Shown piece after piece: positions 36,750 through 50,564 of a DNA stretch of 64,000 nucleotides. The notes beneath the pieces were generated by a model. It was given only the letters and a program-made list of their open reading frames with translations, was not told the origin of the DNA and did not search any database. Origin of the DNA: Antedon mediterranea (taxonomy: Eukaryota > Animalia > Echinodermata); NCBI RefSeq assembly GCF_964355755.1, contig NC_092670.1, positions 34,212,388 through 34,276,387 of the forward strand, read 5' to 3'. Made by a program: the position numbers and the translations under genes. Within the stretch, counting starts at the first letter, position 1. Each line of letters opens with the position of its first letter.

Positions 36750-39700
36750 TCAGGGATTTGCTGGCTTTATGTCAAGTGCTTGAAACATATGAGTCATGGA
36801 TTTCTGACTTTCGTCTTGGTCAGCATTTGTCTATAAAAAAGTTATTATTTTTATTAACTTCATTTATATATTTATATATTTATTTGACAACAAGCAGTTC
36901 AGGGGTTGCAAAGCAACAAAGCAAAATAACACATTTATTTCTGCAACCATACCATACCTATTGTCAAGTGTATAGCCATTTGATTGGTTGATTTGCATCA
37001 TGTGATGTGCACTATTTGAATCCATCCATATGTTTATAAATATGTATAGTACTGTATTTTACTCTTTTTAGCATGCCCCATAGATAATGGGATGAAAAAG
37101 GACAACATCAGTAAATACAGAAATGTCCACACTGTGACTAACCAATAAGAGGGTGCTCGTTATAATAGTTTATATTAAAGTAGACATCAGTAACATCCTA
37201 TAAAGCTCTGTGTACACTATCAAACTAGTTTGACAAAAAAAGTGTCATGTGCCCAAATATGGAAGTGATAAAATTTGGTAGTGATATGACATCATTATGT
37301 CCATATATAGTCACATTGCATTTTTTTTGTCACAAAGTTTGATAGTGTAGACAGAGCTTTAGGTACAGACAAGTTAGTTCAGTACATTATTTTCTACCTT
37401 GTATAGTTGATTTATTTGTTGCTGTGCCCAATCTACATATTTCTTGTTTTCCTTTTTCTGTTGTGGGCTAGCCTTTGGTGCAGAGCCTAGATTACATGCT
37501 GCCTACAAGGGAAAAAGACATTTTAAGTCACGATTATTCTATACCATTCAAGGTAACTGATTACCATTTGCTAAATCTATGTACTGATGAAATGATGTTC
37601 TTACCAAATAAAATCCATATAAAGCCCTTATATTTTTTATATTTAGCTTCAGGGTTTGGGCAAAATACTTTCTTGCTATTTCCATATTTTCTACACCACC
37701 TTGTGTATATTTAAGCTAAGAAGAAAAAAAAACATAAAATTCAAGCATTTAAAATCAAGGCCATATACATGGCTGCAGTCGCGTGCTCAAGTAGTGTTTA
37801 CCGACCAACTGACCGACCAACCGACCGGCATAGTGAGCTGTAGAGTCGCGTTGCATGTGACTAAAAATGTATAAGATGGTTCTTACTAGATACACACTGA
37901 TGGCAGCCACATGAGCGAGTGGCCGAGCGGTTAAGACAGTGGAACTGTAATCCAGTCATAACATCGGCAAGGAGTTCAAGGCACACTCACACTCCATGGT
38001 TCTCAGATAAGGACTATAAACCATAATTATAGGTTCAGTGTACACACATTGCTTGCATGCACTTTAAAGAACCCAGTACATCTTTCAAGACGAGTAGGCG
38101 TTACCCCGTTTTACAAGTTCACACACAGCCACTGTGTCATGGACAGATGAGAGAGCGCCTTAAAGTGGCTGCAATGATATGACCCTTAGGGGAGAAAACT
38201 TTACGCCTAGGCTCCCAGAAAAAAGTAACAAAAAAGTTGGGAAGAAAAAGATACAAAATACGATATATCCAAATAAAAAAATACTGCAGTGCCTAATATG
38301 ACAACACACCAGAGAATAATTTATTATATTTTCTCATACTTAATTAGGCCTAAAAGTATATATTGGTAAAATATTAATTTTTAAAGCATTATCGAGTATT
38401 CACTCGACCTACAATCTTTGTGCATGGGTGTCCTCTTTGTGCATGGGTGTACTCTTTGTGCATGGGTGTCCTCTTTCGGACCCTGATTGATAAAAAAACA
38501 ATGCCTAGGAACATTGTTTAGCAGTGGTATAAATAGTTATATTACATAGCCTGTGTAAATACGTAAACGCGATTGGTTGAAACGATAAATAAACAAAAGT
38601 AATCTACTGGGACTTGAACTCGCGATGATTTGTCCACACCATCACAAGACAACTAAACTATTTAAACTATGCATACATATCGCCCTCATTTGTTATAAGT
38701 CCTCCCTAGATGTGATGAAAGACTGTTTGTGATTGGTTAATAATCACGGAGTAACCTGGTACGCGCGGCGCGCTGAACATCCGGTGATTCGGCTCCTTGA
38801 AGAAGACGAATTATTATTCGGCCTACCTGATAATAATATTATTATTATTAATGTAGGCCTATTGATGGAAATTCTTCTGTTAATTTAAACAACCTAGGCC
38901 GAAGTGAATATTTCATTGCCAAGGAATCATTAATTACTAGGCGGGCTTATTACAAGGAGGCCTAGCTACACCCGACCCAGCAGTAGATATTCAACTTGTT
39001 GTTGGCTATGTAATATAACAGAAATCGCCTTTTATATCGGTAAACGATATTATATTCTCGGGAAATATATATTTCCTCGAACAAAATATCATTCCCTCGG
39101 GGATGTCAAACCTTATATTTAACCTCTTTGCAGGCAATATCTGTATAATAAATTATAGTATTATAAATTATTATAAAAACCTTACCTCTGCATATCGTTG
39201 ATGGTAGAGATGATTGTGCGGATTATTAAGCATTAATTCTTCATAGCAAAAAACAGCCTTGTCATAACTATACAAAGAAAATGATTGACCATTACATAAA
39301 GTAAAAATTAATTTTATTAAATATAAATATATATACCGTATAAATTATAAATCCAAAGGCAAATAACTGAATATATATACTGTATTATATATATGATAAA
39401 TGAGGGCGTATCAATTTGATCTCTGGTGCGCGTGCGTACAATTAAGGGACTAGTGCTGTTCCGCTGTACCACGCAGAGAATGTTAGTCGCTATCGAATCG
39501 GGTTTGAACAATACCATGAAAGCCCCAGTGATCCAATGGTTAGGATATGTACATATCAAGCAGAAGGTCCAGGTTCAAATCTCGGTTGGGGGGATTTTTT
39601 CTCATTCTCACAGATTTCCTTATCATATCGTTTTAAATTAATTAATTATACTTCAGTATATAAACGGGCGGTTTAGAATTAATGTTCTTTGCCTGATTTG

Positions 39701-42700
39701 TTTATATATATATAATAATGTGGTAATTAGCATGTGTAAAATGTCTAAAACAAAAATGGAAAATGCATCTAAAAATCATCTAAAATCTGAATAATGATGA
39801 TAAATAAGTGGTTTTCAGATTTTTCATTACATTTTGTTTATTGGATGGGTTATCCTCTAAAAGAGCTGCATGGCATAAAGCTCTGTCTACACTATCAAAC
39901 TTTATGTGACAAAAAATGTGATGTACCCATATATGGACATACTTTTTTTACCAAACTAGTTTGATAGTGTAGACAGAGCTTAAGGGACAGGGGGAAAGAA
40001 TCACATCTATAATATATTATACATATTATTATAATTAATCAATGCCACTATTCCCTATCACCTAGTGTGAACGTAAAACATATTTTAAACTGCAATTGTT
40101 ACAACCATTATAACAAAACAGGTCAAATTTTCCTACAGAATTGAAATAAGTATATATAAAATGGGCACCTCCACATATGAATATGAAAATTTAATGACGT
40201 GTTCCCATACAGCTATAAAACCATCCTTTAAAATCTTTTGAAACTTGGGCAATAACTTTTTGTGTAATCAGTGGTGGCGCCAGCGGGGGGGCTACAGCCC
40301 CCTTGTCGGGGAGCCTAGCCCCCCTGTCGGGGTTAACTTCATATAGCTTCAGCGCCTAGAAAACCGCGACGTTCCATTGACCGTGAGAGTACGTCAGAGG
40401 GTAGACTTGCCCCAAGTCTGTATTATCTTTTTTTTTTATTTATTTGTTTTTATTTCGACCGCGATTTTTGTCTGAAAATACAGACTTGTGAAACACGTAT
40501 AGAAATCGATTTGCAAACCGCAAACATCCGATAAGAATGACGTAGTTTATCATACCGTATTTGGCTATGGGGCGGGCGGTATGTAAATATGGATTTCGAA
40601 TCAACCAATGATCATTTTGTTTCAAAATTAAAAAGATCGAGTACGTACAGTGCTGAATGTACGATCGAGACTGTTGAAATATAAAATCGTAATGCCAAGT
40701 TGTTTTGTTTATTAATTGTTAGTCCTTGGCCTAGGCCTCTTTCGTAGGTCCTAAATTCGCACGTATGACCTGCCAAATAAAACGCCAATAAAGTAGGCCT
40801 ACATACCACCACCGGCGGCACACAACAACGGGGCTACACCACCACACAAAACAGGACAGGGTCTGGGTAGGAATTAAATCAAAATTATCTCCGCGTAATA
40901 AATGATCCATTCAATGTTTGATTTGCGGAGAAGCTAGCCTATCATATCAAGACGAGTTTTCATGTTCTTGGGAAAAATCCCATCAAATGTTACCAGACTA
41001 CTAGGCATATAAAATAATTTCTAGCCTTCAGAAACTTTCATAAATGTACCCAAGTACATACCATAGCGCATGCGCGTCATCTTAGTTGTTGAGTCTTTGA
41101 AATTCTGAAATATGAATATTAAAACGGTGTGCGAGTGAGTAGCCAATCGCATGCAGCTGAAACTAGTCAACCGGATAATCGTATGCACCAAGAATTCTTG
41201 GTGTCAAACCACGTGACTTGTGCGTGTTTCCCCAGACGGAGTATCCAAAATCAAGTAGTATACGTATGAAACGCCATATGTGCCAAAATATTTATCTTTT
41301 TACTAATATTAAGACAAAACTCCGTCTGGAACCCAGACTAGTCAGAGGGCTATTATGCACTTTTATGCATTCATTATTGCCAGAGATCTAACTACTAAAC
41401 AATAGCTAGTACGCACTTGTTTGGCGGGATCCCTTTGTACGAATCGTTCACTGTTGGGTCGAGACGCGTGATATCATGTTCCATCTAGGGACCAAAGTGT
41501 GTAATGTAGTTATTTTCCAGGCGAAGTTTACCGACGGTTACCGAAGGGAACACGGGTACTTTTTGTCAGGGAATATAATATACAGTAAAAAACGTTCACG
41601 TTCACTTGGTAGCTTCAGCGCCTAGAAAACCGCGACGTTTCATTGACCGTGAGAGTAGTCGGAGTGCTATTATGCAATTTATATGCATTCATTATTGCCA
41701 GCGATCTAACTTACTACTAAACATTAGTTAGGTACGCACTTGTCTGGCGGTATCCCTTTGTACGAATCGTTCAACGTTGGGTCGAGACGCGTGATATCAT
41801 GTTCCATCCAGAGACCAAAATGTACTGTAGTTATTTTCAAGGCAAAGTTTACCGACGGTTACGTCGTGTACTGTGTCGACGTACGCTACACTACAGCAAA
41901 AACGAATTATGTTAATTGTTCGTATGTTCACCAATTTTTTCATTTACAAGTAACCTTCTGTACCGTGGGGCACCTAGAATAAATATTTCATCCATTACTA
42001 AACAAAAAAACATGCCATTTTCGCTTAGCCAACATCTTATTATAGCTAAGTTATTAAATTTTCAATGTCCTGTATGTCATAAATTTCTCACCACTCGGAA
42101 GTCCAGATGGTACGCACGCATACACTTGGGAGGAATAAACTTAATTCCCCGACTGAAAAAGGTCTACGCTTGCGTTTTTTAAGCCTCTAGGCCTGATGTT
42201 TCCAAAATATAAAATGCAATTTTTTGAAGACCTGCAGCTCTAGTTTTAAACATTTTCTTAGCTCAGCCCCAACAATAAAGCTGGTCATATTTCGAAGTAC
42301 AAGAAGTGCATTTTCCGGGACCTAACATCTCTATTTTTCAAACATTTCTTAGCTCAGTCACAACCATGATAGGGACTTCAAAAACATGAAACAAAATATA
42401 TAAGTCCAATTTCCGGGACCTCCAACTTTTATTTTTTAAATTGAAAAATATGCCCCCAGCCTAGTGATGCTCGTTTCGCTCGCATAGCCCCCTCGTCGGG
42501 GAATGTAGCCCCCGCGTCGGGAAGATCCTGGCGCCACCGCTGTGTGTAATGCTCAAAATAAGAAATATAGGAACAAAATAAACACCCACACACGATCGAC
42601 CACATAACCTCTCGTCAATGTGGAGGCAGAAGCTATAGTCACGAATCACATGGCCACACCCAGTGTATACATGCACAGAGCAACACCGTGGGCGGATCAA

Positions 42701-45700
42701 GACACGCAATCACACGTTATTTCTTCGAAAACTATTAATAAAATACTTATACGAATAATAATGTCCTTATATGCATAACAAAATACATGATAATTACTCA
42801 CTTCTGTTTTGTCGGGAAATTTCTGGAAATTTCATTATAAAATATCCATAAATAAGACAAAATTCCACACAACATCCTTGTGGTATATTGAAATATTATG
42901 TGAAAATGATGTTTTTGGTTTTGATTCTTTTAAAATTACTTCCCTTTCTTTTGTGAATTGATCTTATGTATGACCTTCTTCTTTGTAATGACTGTTGTAT
43001 TTAAATATATATCTGTATTCCTTATGTTTTAGTTTTGATTCATTTTAAAGATTGTTTCCCAAAATCATGAAAAATAAAATGTAATAAATCAGACTTTGAA
43101 CAGGCCATTTTGCAGTTTTAATGAAGTTATTTACTTCCATACAAAAAAAAATACAAAATAAACGTTAAATTTGACAAAAAACAAATTCTGACAGACAATT
43201 TTGGCTTAACCTGTAAATTAGTATTAGTAAATAATTTTCAAAATGAATAACTATTAGTATTATGTGTAATTTTTTTTTTTCAGTGCAGCAATATATCTTA
43301 GTTGTTCATTATTTTTATGCCTTATGTTGTGTATTACACACATTTTATTTTTGCAATTTTTATTTTCATTCACTTTAAGTTATTACTTGAACGCACATTT
43401 ATCAATAAAGTGTGCCACTGTTATACAAGTGATATTTACAATAAATTACTATTATTGCATGGTTCCATCACATTGTTGGTTAGCTATTCCTCGGAACGAT
43501 CAATGATAATATTTGATGTGCATCTAATTCACAACTTACTGGTAGAGGATAATAAAAGGAGACAGACAGACAGACTTACTGTTGTTCCAATATATATAAA
43601 TCTGCTAATTCTTTCCATGCCTCTTGATCACCCATAAATCTGAAAAAAATAAAACAAAATGATTAATGTATTTAACACTGCGGAATAGCATTGTGCCCGG
43701 GAGTTTAGTAATTGGTCAGATGTTTTCCCTACTCTGACTTAATTTTGTACTTTATACTAAGTACATATTAAGAACACTTACGAAAAAGCTAAACAAAGCT
43801 ACCCACAGTAGTTAAATACAATTACAATCTTGTTGGTGCAGTACTCCCTGGGTACTGCACCAACAGCACTTGGGCTCGAATCTAAACCCTCTAGCCACCA
43901 TGCTCAGTGTTCTAGAGGAATGGGGGTCGAGTACCACCCAAAAATGACTGTTCTCAATGTACTCATAATATTTATTATAGTATAACGTACAAAATTATGA
44001 AAGCAGGTTTAAATCTCTAAAAGACCAATAAGTACTATTAATACTGTAGTAAACGAATTATTGAAGTTTTATTCTGTAAATTCTGTTCTCTACTAATAAT
44101 TTACTAGGCCCAATATTTTATGGCCAAGGAATCAAGATAGAAACCAGAAATTATGAAACAAAAGATTTGTAGATCATTTTACCACATTTTTCCAAGAAGT
44201 AATTAAAGATTATCTAAGATTAAATTTAAATTGATATGCAAACTCTTCCGTAAGTGGACACCTCCTGGACACATTTCCTGTATCAAAGTGCATCATTCTC
44301 ATTACAAACAATGTATTTTTTTTGTTTATTCCATGACACATGTGCATCTCTTCCCATCCTGTACTTTGGTTTTTAGATATTGTACTGTACAGTGTTTTAC
44401 TTTGAACTTACTGTTTTAAATGAGTATTTAACTCCTTGATAGCATCTTCTCTATGTCCCTGTGCTATTGAAATTGCAATTTTTCTCTTCCTTATTTGCTA
44501 TAAAAATTAAACAGTATAATTATCTGGTACAGGAATAAGGAAAAAACACCTTATATGGTTATCTTGAACGGGTCAAGTGGTACTATAGAATTATTTTAAA
44601 ACTAGAGAGTCAACTCCAACTTAAAAAGCATGACTCAAAATATGGCCTTTTTTATGATTCTGTCTATTAGCTGATTATGTCTGTTTGTATACTACATCTA
44701 TGAATGAAACTTAATCACAAGTTCAGAGAATTTACTCCCCCGATTCCTCTTTAAAATCAAATTACTTACTGAATTAGCTTCATCTTTTTTTAATAGGCCA
44801 TCATACAATTCAATTGCCTCTTTATATCTGAAAAAAACATTTAATTTATAACTTAATCACTTCCATAAAGCAGTTTAAGCAATAGACGGTAAAAGCTTAA
44901 ATCCATCTAATAATAAGTGCACTTGATAACAAGTTGATTATTATATTTTGGTATTTATTCAAATTCAATATATTAAAATGCTGAATATCGAAACGTGGCA
45001 GGCTGAAGGCGCTTGACCTTTGACAAGATCGGAACAATTTTTTTTTTTAGTATATTAAATTTACAATACTTAGTTTTAGTGTTGTATATTCTGGTATAGC
45101 CGCTCCATAATCTCTTTGCTTTTCTTCCCTATATCTATATTTTTAAAATTTATACTAACAATATTTTTTTATTAATATTATAATAATAATAATATATCAA
45201 AAATGTATTAAAAAATATTTATCGCATAATATACAATCTACGATAATTTATTTAATTGATATAAAAAATTTATGAAATAAATAACATCATTTGAATAAAA
45301 GAACAAATCACACATCTACACATAATCAAACATCGTATACTCTATCTCTAACAATTTTTTCAATCTAAAGCCGGAGTATAGTCGTTATCTCGGGACCGTT
45401 CTATGGTTACCACCAGGTAGGCTTACTTCATTAAGGCTTCTATGAATGGATGTACTGGTTGGGAGCAGGACGCTAGTAGACCAAACCCAGTACCGTTTTG
45501 ATTACGATCAATCGGGAAATTACCTTACGAAATTTAATATATTAAAACATAACAGCAAAATGAACATTAAAGTATAAAAAAGTACAACAAATATAAAAAT
45601 ACATATTCAATCATTAATATGAAGCTATTTATTGAGCTTGATAAAACTTAAATTAATTGAATCTTAATTTGATTTTACGATTCAAATTTGTAATATGTTA

Positions 45701-46677
45701 CATAATTTACATCTAATAATAGATAATATATTTATTTTGATGATTTCTATACCTTTCCTCGGCTTCAAATCGCATTCCTCGCAGCCTATATGCCCTCACA
45801 CTGTCTGGAAATTTAGACTCAAGCGTTGAAATACAATGATTTGCGAGATCCATTCTACAGCAATCCAATGCCGCTATACATAACTGCTCGTAGACAATCC
45901 AAACTACAAAATGTGAAAAAGGTTTATCTAATCAATATTAAAAAAATCTTTAATAATTTTATTTTACCTTATTTTATAGAGGGTGACAATCAATGGGCCT
46001 TCATGATGATGGTCTGTATGTGACAGTGGCTGTGTATAGTACACCGCGGTAACCTCCTACTCGTCTTGAAAGATGTACTAGGTTCTTTAAAGTGCACATG
46101 AACCAGATGCGTACACTGGACCTACGGTTTATAGTACTTATCCAAGAAGACTTGTTCTGCCACCAGAACCATGGAGTGAGTGAGCCTCGAACCTCCTTGC
46201 TAATGTTATGGTAGGTATTAATTACGGTTCCGCTGTCTTAACCTCTTCTCCACATTTTAACACGATCATTTATGGAAAAACTAATGTTGATAGTTCACCC
46301 TTGTTTGGTTCCAATAGAACACAATACCCATTTGTATCGAGGGTAAAAACAAATCTATTAATAGCGGTAATTGTATTTTCTTCTAATAATATTTCTTTAA
46401 CACAATCGATTAGTTTAATTAAAATTCTCTTGCCTGGAGATGTAAAATTATTTCATGCAGTTATGTATATATAGCAGTATTATTATCTTTGCTCGTGGAA
46501 GTTGAAGTGTTAAAAAATACTACATGCGTTTAATAAGAAGAACCTGTTGTTCACAATACCCACTTTCATCCCCTATTTTGTGACTATGATGTGCTATCAA
46601 AACTTCGCCATGCTCTACTATAGCTTCACTCTCACGCGAGTTCTCTTCCCGCCATTTTCGTAACTTGTCCCTTAAAT
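36750..46677 (-). CDS. EMC2: ER membrane protein complex subunit 2 (TPR protein). Exons 46677-46564, 45903-45753, 44827-44770, 44497-44412, 43639-43580, 39267-39186, 37715-37605, 37502-37398, 36830-36750; first exon not located
   Basis: Spliced translation [17 protein letters not shown]..., [13 protein letters not shown]...[61 protein letters not shown]...ARKYFAQ matches EMC2/TTC35. GT-AG introns with consistent phases. Confidence 0.93.
37204..37358. mobile_element. Tourist-like palindromic MITE (shorter copy at 39879-39980)
   Basis: TIRs agctctgt.tacactatcaaact / agtttgatagtgtagacagagct; TAA/TTA flanks (TAA/TAA at the second copy). Confidence 0.8.
37913..38134 (+). mobile_element. Deu-domain-like tRNA-derived SINE
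   Basis: A box tggccgagcgg, B-box-like gagttcaag, core gataaggactataaacc...taaagaacccagtac...gagtagg; homologous to copies at 30.1, 31.0 and 46.1 kb. Confidence 0.75.
39522..39594 (+). pseudogene. Degenerate tRNA-like sequence with T-run terminator inside a (TA)n-flanked segment
   Basis: D stem ATCC/GGAT, B box GGTTCAAATC, acceptor GCCCCAG/TTGGGGG; anticodon stem broken. Confidence 0.55.
40269..42542. mobile_element. hAT-like non-autonomous element with 8-bp TSD, internal duplication and nested insertion
   Basis: TIRs cagtggtggcgccag / ctggcgccaccgctg; TGTGTAAT on both flanks (40261-40268, 42543-42550). Confidence 0.88.
40402..41340. mobile_element. Academ(H)-like non-autonomous element with TAG...CTA ends and 9-bp TSD
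   Basis: GTCAGAGGG at 40393-40401 and 41341-41349. The uninterrupted paralogous host segment is visible at ~41610-41700. Confidence 0.7.
46023..46245 (-). mobile_element. Deu-domain-like tRNA-derived SINE
   Basis: Reverse-complement homolog of 37913-38134. Confidence 0.75.
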
Positions 46678-46781
46678 CTGCCAAGAAAAAATAAATGTAT
46701 GCTAAACATTTCCTTCCTACAGTATGTGGTGTTGCAGAATTTGTTAATATACAGTAGTTTATTTAATTATTATTATTATTA

Positions 46782-48328
46782 CTAGATGGCACGCTCGCTT
46801 CGCTCGCGTACCATCTAGGTCGTGCCCACAGATGGTTCTCGAATACACAGTATTTCCAGCGAGAAAAAAATGGAGATTTCAAATGTACGTACCGCAGGAC
46901 TATAATACATTGTCGTTTACAGAAACGAATAAATATACACAATGATTTATGTAGTCAACCAAAATTAGCACCCTAGGAATTACTTCCGAGAGAGAAACAA
47001 ATTTTTTTATTCGGACTCATTTAAACAAACCCAATTTGTGTTTTGTATGTAACATTAAGGGTTGAGGGATGGGGAAAGAAGATAGGTACAAAGAGGAAAC
47101 ATTTTAAAATATATTCTTATCCACTCAGTAACGAAATATTGTTTTTAATGTTTTATAGGCCTATAAATAATATACCACTAAATACAGTAAAACATTTACG
47201 ATTTAATACGGTACTTTGTTAAAACTCTCACTGTCATAGTCGATTGAAATAGTAAAGTACATGTAACGATACACCACTACGACGTTTATATATTTTTAAA
47301 TTATTAATTAATACAAACGTTGAGAAGCAACTGTCAGTAATAACGTTTATTTATTTGTATATTATATGTTTATAATCTAACAGTAGGGCCTACCCACACT
47401 CACAGTAATAAAGTTTATTTGTATATATTTTATATTACATCTAACAGTACCAACACTCACAGTAAGAAATTTGCGATTCAAATTGCAATCAAAAGTGGTT
47501 AATACCTTAACAGTATTGTACAGCATTGCAGTACTATTTATGTTTATTCTCCAAGGGGGCCCATAAATCTAAATCTATACCTCTATGGTTAAACCAAATA
47601 ATTTGGAATGTTTATTTGTATATTATATGTTTATAATCTAACAGTAGGGCCTACCCACACTCACAGTAATAAAGTTTATTTGTATATATTTTTATATTAC
47701 ATCTAACAGTACCAACACTCACAGTAAGACATTTGCGATTCAAATTGCGATCAAAAGTGGTTAATACCTTAACAGTATTGTACAGCATTGCAATACTATT
47801 TATGTTTATTCTCCAAGGAGGCCCATAAATCTAAATCTATACCTGTATGGTTAAACCAAATAATTTGGAATGTTCCATTCATCACAAATCAATACATTTG
47901 TAAAAACGTATATTAAATGTATCAAAATAGTATTTTTTAAAGAAAATCGGCCTGTCTTCAACATTATGATGCTGTACTCGAACTGTTCAACCGGTTTTCA
48001 GCTATTAAAAACAATTATCGTAGGAGGAGATAGAAAAATGCGAAGCCTCCTCGCATTTTTGTGGCGGGTATTTTTCAAGATGGACATCCATTAGACAGTG
48101 TATACCACGATCGGAAAACACCCCTATTTGGGGCAAATCTTTGAACCTAAATTCGTTTTAATCGTCAATAACTAATTATCTAACTTAATTTAATTAGTAA
48201 ACAGGGTTACATCAGGTGGTTAAAATCAGTACCGAAAGTACGAACCAACTTTACATACCATCGAGTAAAAATTCTAAAAGTAAGGCGCGATTTACCGAAT
48301 TTTGCCCTTACGTAAATTTATATATAGA
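46782..48328 (-). mobile_element. Non-autonomous Helitron, copy 2, with an internal ~261-bp tandem duplication (47350-47872)
   Basis: Minus strand A|TC...CTAG|T with terminal GC-rich hairpin ctagatgg-cacgc...gcgta-ccatctag. Confidence 0.9.
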
Positions 48329-48343
48329 TTAGATAAGATATTA

Positions 48344-48808
48344 GGAAGGTTTCGCAATCTTACGAATACGATAACAAAAACTGATACGTCACGCACATGT
48401 TATCGGTTTTTGTAAGCCAGTAAAAATCTGTTTAGCATGGCAACAAATTATTTAGGGCGCCGTCCAAAATATGACTGCGGTAAATTTGAGCGAAGCGCAG
48501 GTACATGTTGCTTGGCTGTCTAGGCCTAGCGTAACATCAAAGCGAGTGAGGTCAAAATTGACCTGGCATTTTAGTAAATTACTTTTATAGTAAATTACTT
48601 TCAATAAATCTATAAATTATGATTCAAATGCAAAATGTGCAAAATAGATCAAAAACTATACTCGTTTTGTGTTGACGAATATTATCATATTCGTCAACAC
48701 AAATACGCTTTACGAATATGAAATGGGGATCAGTTCAAAAGTTTCACAAATGTGTGACGTATCCGTTTTCGTTATCAGATTCCGATTCGTAAGGTTGCGA
48801 AACCTCCC
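48344..48808. mobile_element. Tourist/Harbinger-like MITE
   Basis: TIRs ggaaggtttcgcaatcttacgaat / attcgtaaggttgcgaaacctccc; TTA/TAA flanks. Confidence 0.8.
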
Positions 48809-49169
48809 TAATATTTCAACAAACCTCGATATAAAAATTAACTGGAAGAAGTATTATCACATTATAAAATATGTATTTGAAAACCAATATTTAAATTTTT
48901 ATGTTTTTATCTTTATGACAGTTTGGAGACAAGCCTCCTGGAAAAGGCAGATATCTATGGTCAATGACCATGAGTATCCTGTTTGTACATTAAGCCATTA
49001 ATAAAAATCATTATTAGTTGGAAAAAATTTAAAATGGTATTGTCATATGATTTGTTATAAGGAGATATATAGATAATTAACAAAATAATGGATTCTGTTG
49101 GAATGTTTTAAGTAAAGCCACAATAAATCATTATTAGTCGGAAATGTTTATATCCTGCTTGGTAAAAGG

Positions 49170-49206
49170 TATATAAATATAACATTTTCATGAGTTTCCT
49201 TCAGTT
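49170..49206 (+). promoter_or_regulatory. TATA box + initiator core promoter
   Basis: TATATAAA at 49170 and TCAGTT Inr at 49201, ~31 bp apart and ~40 bp upstream of ATG 49242. Confidence 0.65.
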
Positions 49207-49241
49207 GTCACCATCTGAACACTAGTTGAGGAAACCTTACA

Positions 49242-50564
49242 ATGAATTTTAAAACTTGTTATAGCCTCATTGTATTCTACTTGCTGATGTTCATACATGG
49301 AGTTAAAGGAAAGAATATTCTATTTGATAGATATTATTATTATCCATCAAACCAACCTGTGAACATTATACAATCAAGTCAAGAGTATACGATTGGTTTA
49401 ACGGCAGAAGATTTTAAACTATACGATGGCAATTTCTATTACAATTTCTTAAACTCATATGTGGTAGAAAAGAAAATGAATGTAAACTGTCCACTTATCA
49501 TATCATTCGGTCAAGGTAAAGATATACGCACTTGTTATGATGATGATAACAAACAATATTTGTTTTCCAACGATCCAGGACTTAAATGGAAGCCACATAA
49601 AGGGCAAGAGTCTACATCTGTTGAATGTGAAGGTTGGAAAGATATCATTGAAGGTGATCAGTTTGTAATACAATGTAAACCAACTGAAACAACTGACATC
49701 AAAGAAATCACGAGCGGATGGATTCAAGGAAGCTTCAACATTACACATTCTTATTCTACAGACATTGGTAATTTTCATGATCAGCATTTCGAAGGGTTCT
49801 ATTCTGGAGAAGGTATATTTTTCTACTGTGTTTCAATTTCAAGTAATGAAACTTCTACTACAGAGTGCTACACATTGATATTAAAGGTTCACCCTAAATT
49901 GATGGTGGATGTCAAAGGGTTCTATGAAACCCCTCAAGTTCCTGAGATTCACAATTGCTTCAAGTGCTACACAAAGGGTGTATTTACTAATTCAAAAAGT
50001 TACAACTGGAATTTGAACGGAGACAAGATGCCTGGCGACCAGTACAATGATGAAATATGCTTAGATAACGATTTGCCAACTGGTGATTACACTGTTGAGT
50101 GTCTGGTGACTACGGATGTTCAGAGGAGTTCAGACGAGATGGAATTCACAATCAAAACAACGTCAGAGATCAGACAAGAGACACCCAATTGTCAACAAGG
50201 CAAAAACATAACAATAATCATACTAGCAGCAAGTACCAGTATACTGATTATCATTGTGTTTGTGTTACTTTATCTACTCAAGATAGAACGTACCAGCAAA
50301 GCGGAAAAAGTGTATTTTCAAAGAAATAACGACTTGGACACTTTGAACAATATGGACTCAAACAGACTACATCGACAACATAATGCAATGATTACACAAC
50401 CCTTCCAACAGATGGAATCCAGTGAAGAAGCAATTTATTATGACATCAAAAATAACGAAGCATTAACAAGCCAACAGACGTCAGCAGAAACAACAAAAGA
50501 GAAGACAGCAAGAACAGATTCGAACAATTACTTTTTCAATGACACTTACCAGATTAAAATGTAA
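49242..50564 (+). CDS. Intronless single-pass type I membrane protein, possibly with divergent Ig-like domains and a Tyr-containing cytoplasmic tail
   Basis: 440-aa ORF with a signal peptide (to ~HGVKG), Cys-containing ectodomain (C..YNWNLNG..TGDYTVEC), TM IIILAASTSILIIIVFVLLYLL, and tail motifs AIYYDI and DTYQI. Confidence 0.8.
   Translation: MNFKTCYSLIVFYLLMFIHGVKGKNILFDRYYYYPSNQPVNIIQSSQEYTIGLTAEDFKLYDGNFYYNFLNSYVVEKKMNVNCPLIISFGQGKDIRTCYDDDNKQYLFSNDPGLKWKPHKGQESTSVECEGWKDIIEGDQFVIQCKPTETTDIKEITSGWIQGSFNITHSYSTDIGNFHDQHFEGFYSGEGIFFYCVSISSNETSTTECYTLILKVHPKLMVDVKGFYETPQVPEIHNCFKCYTKGVFTNSKSYNWNLNGDKMPGDQYNDEICLDNDLPTGDYTVECLVTTDVQRSSDEMEFTIKTTSEIRQETPNCQQGKNITIIILAASTSILIIIVFVLLYLLKIERTSKAEKVYFQRNNDLDTLNNMDSNRLHRQHNAMITQPFQQMESSEEAIYYDIKNNEALTSQQTSAETTKEKTARTDSNNYFFNDTYQIKM

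Noticed and set aside
38535-39150. Possible element with internal inverted repeats (tattacatagcc / ggctatgtaata)
   Set aside because: Boundaries and TSD could not be defined from the sequence.
48553-48572. Candidate EMC2 first exon (ATG CCA G|GTCAAT, minus strand)
   Set aside because: Weak donor and located inside a MITE.
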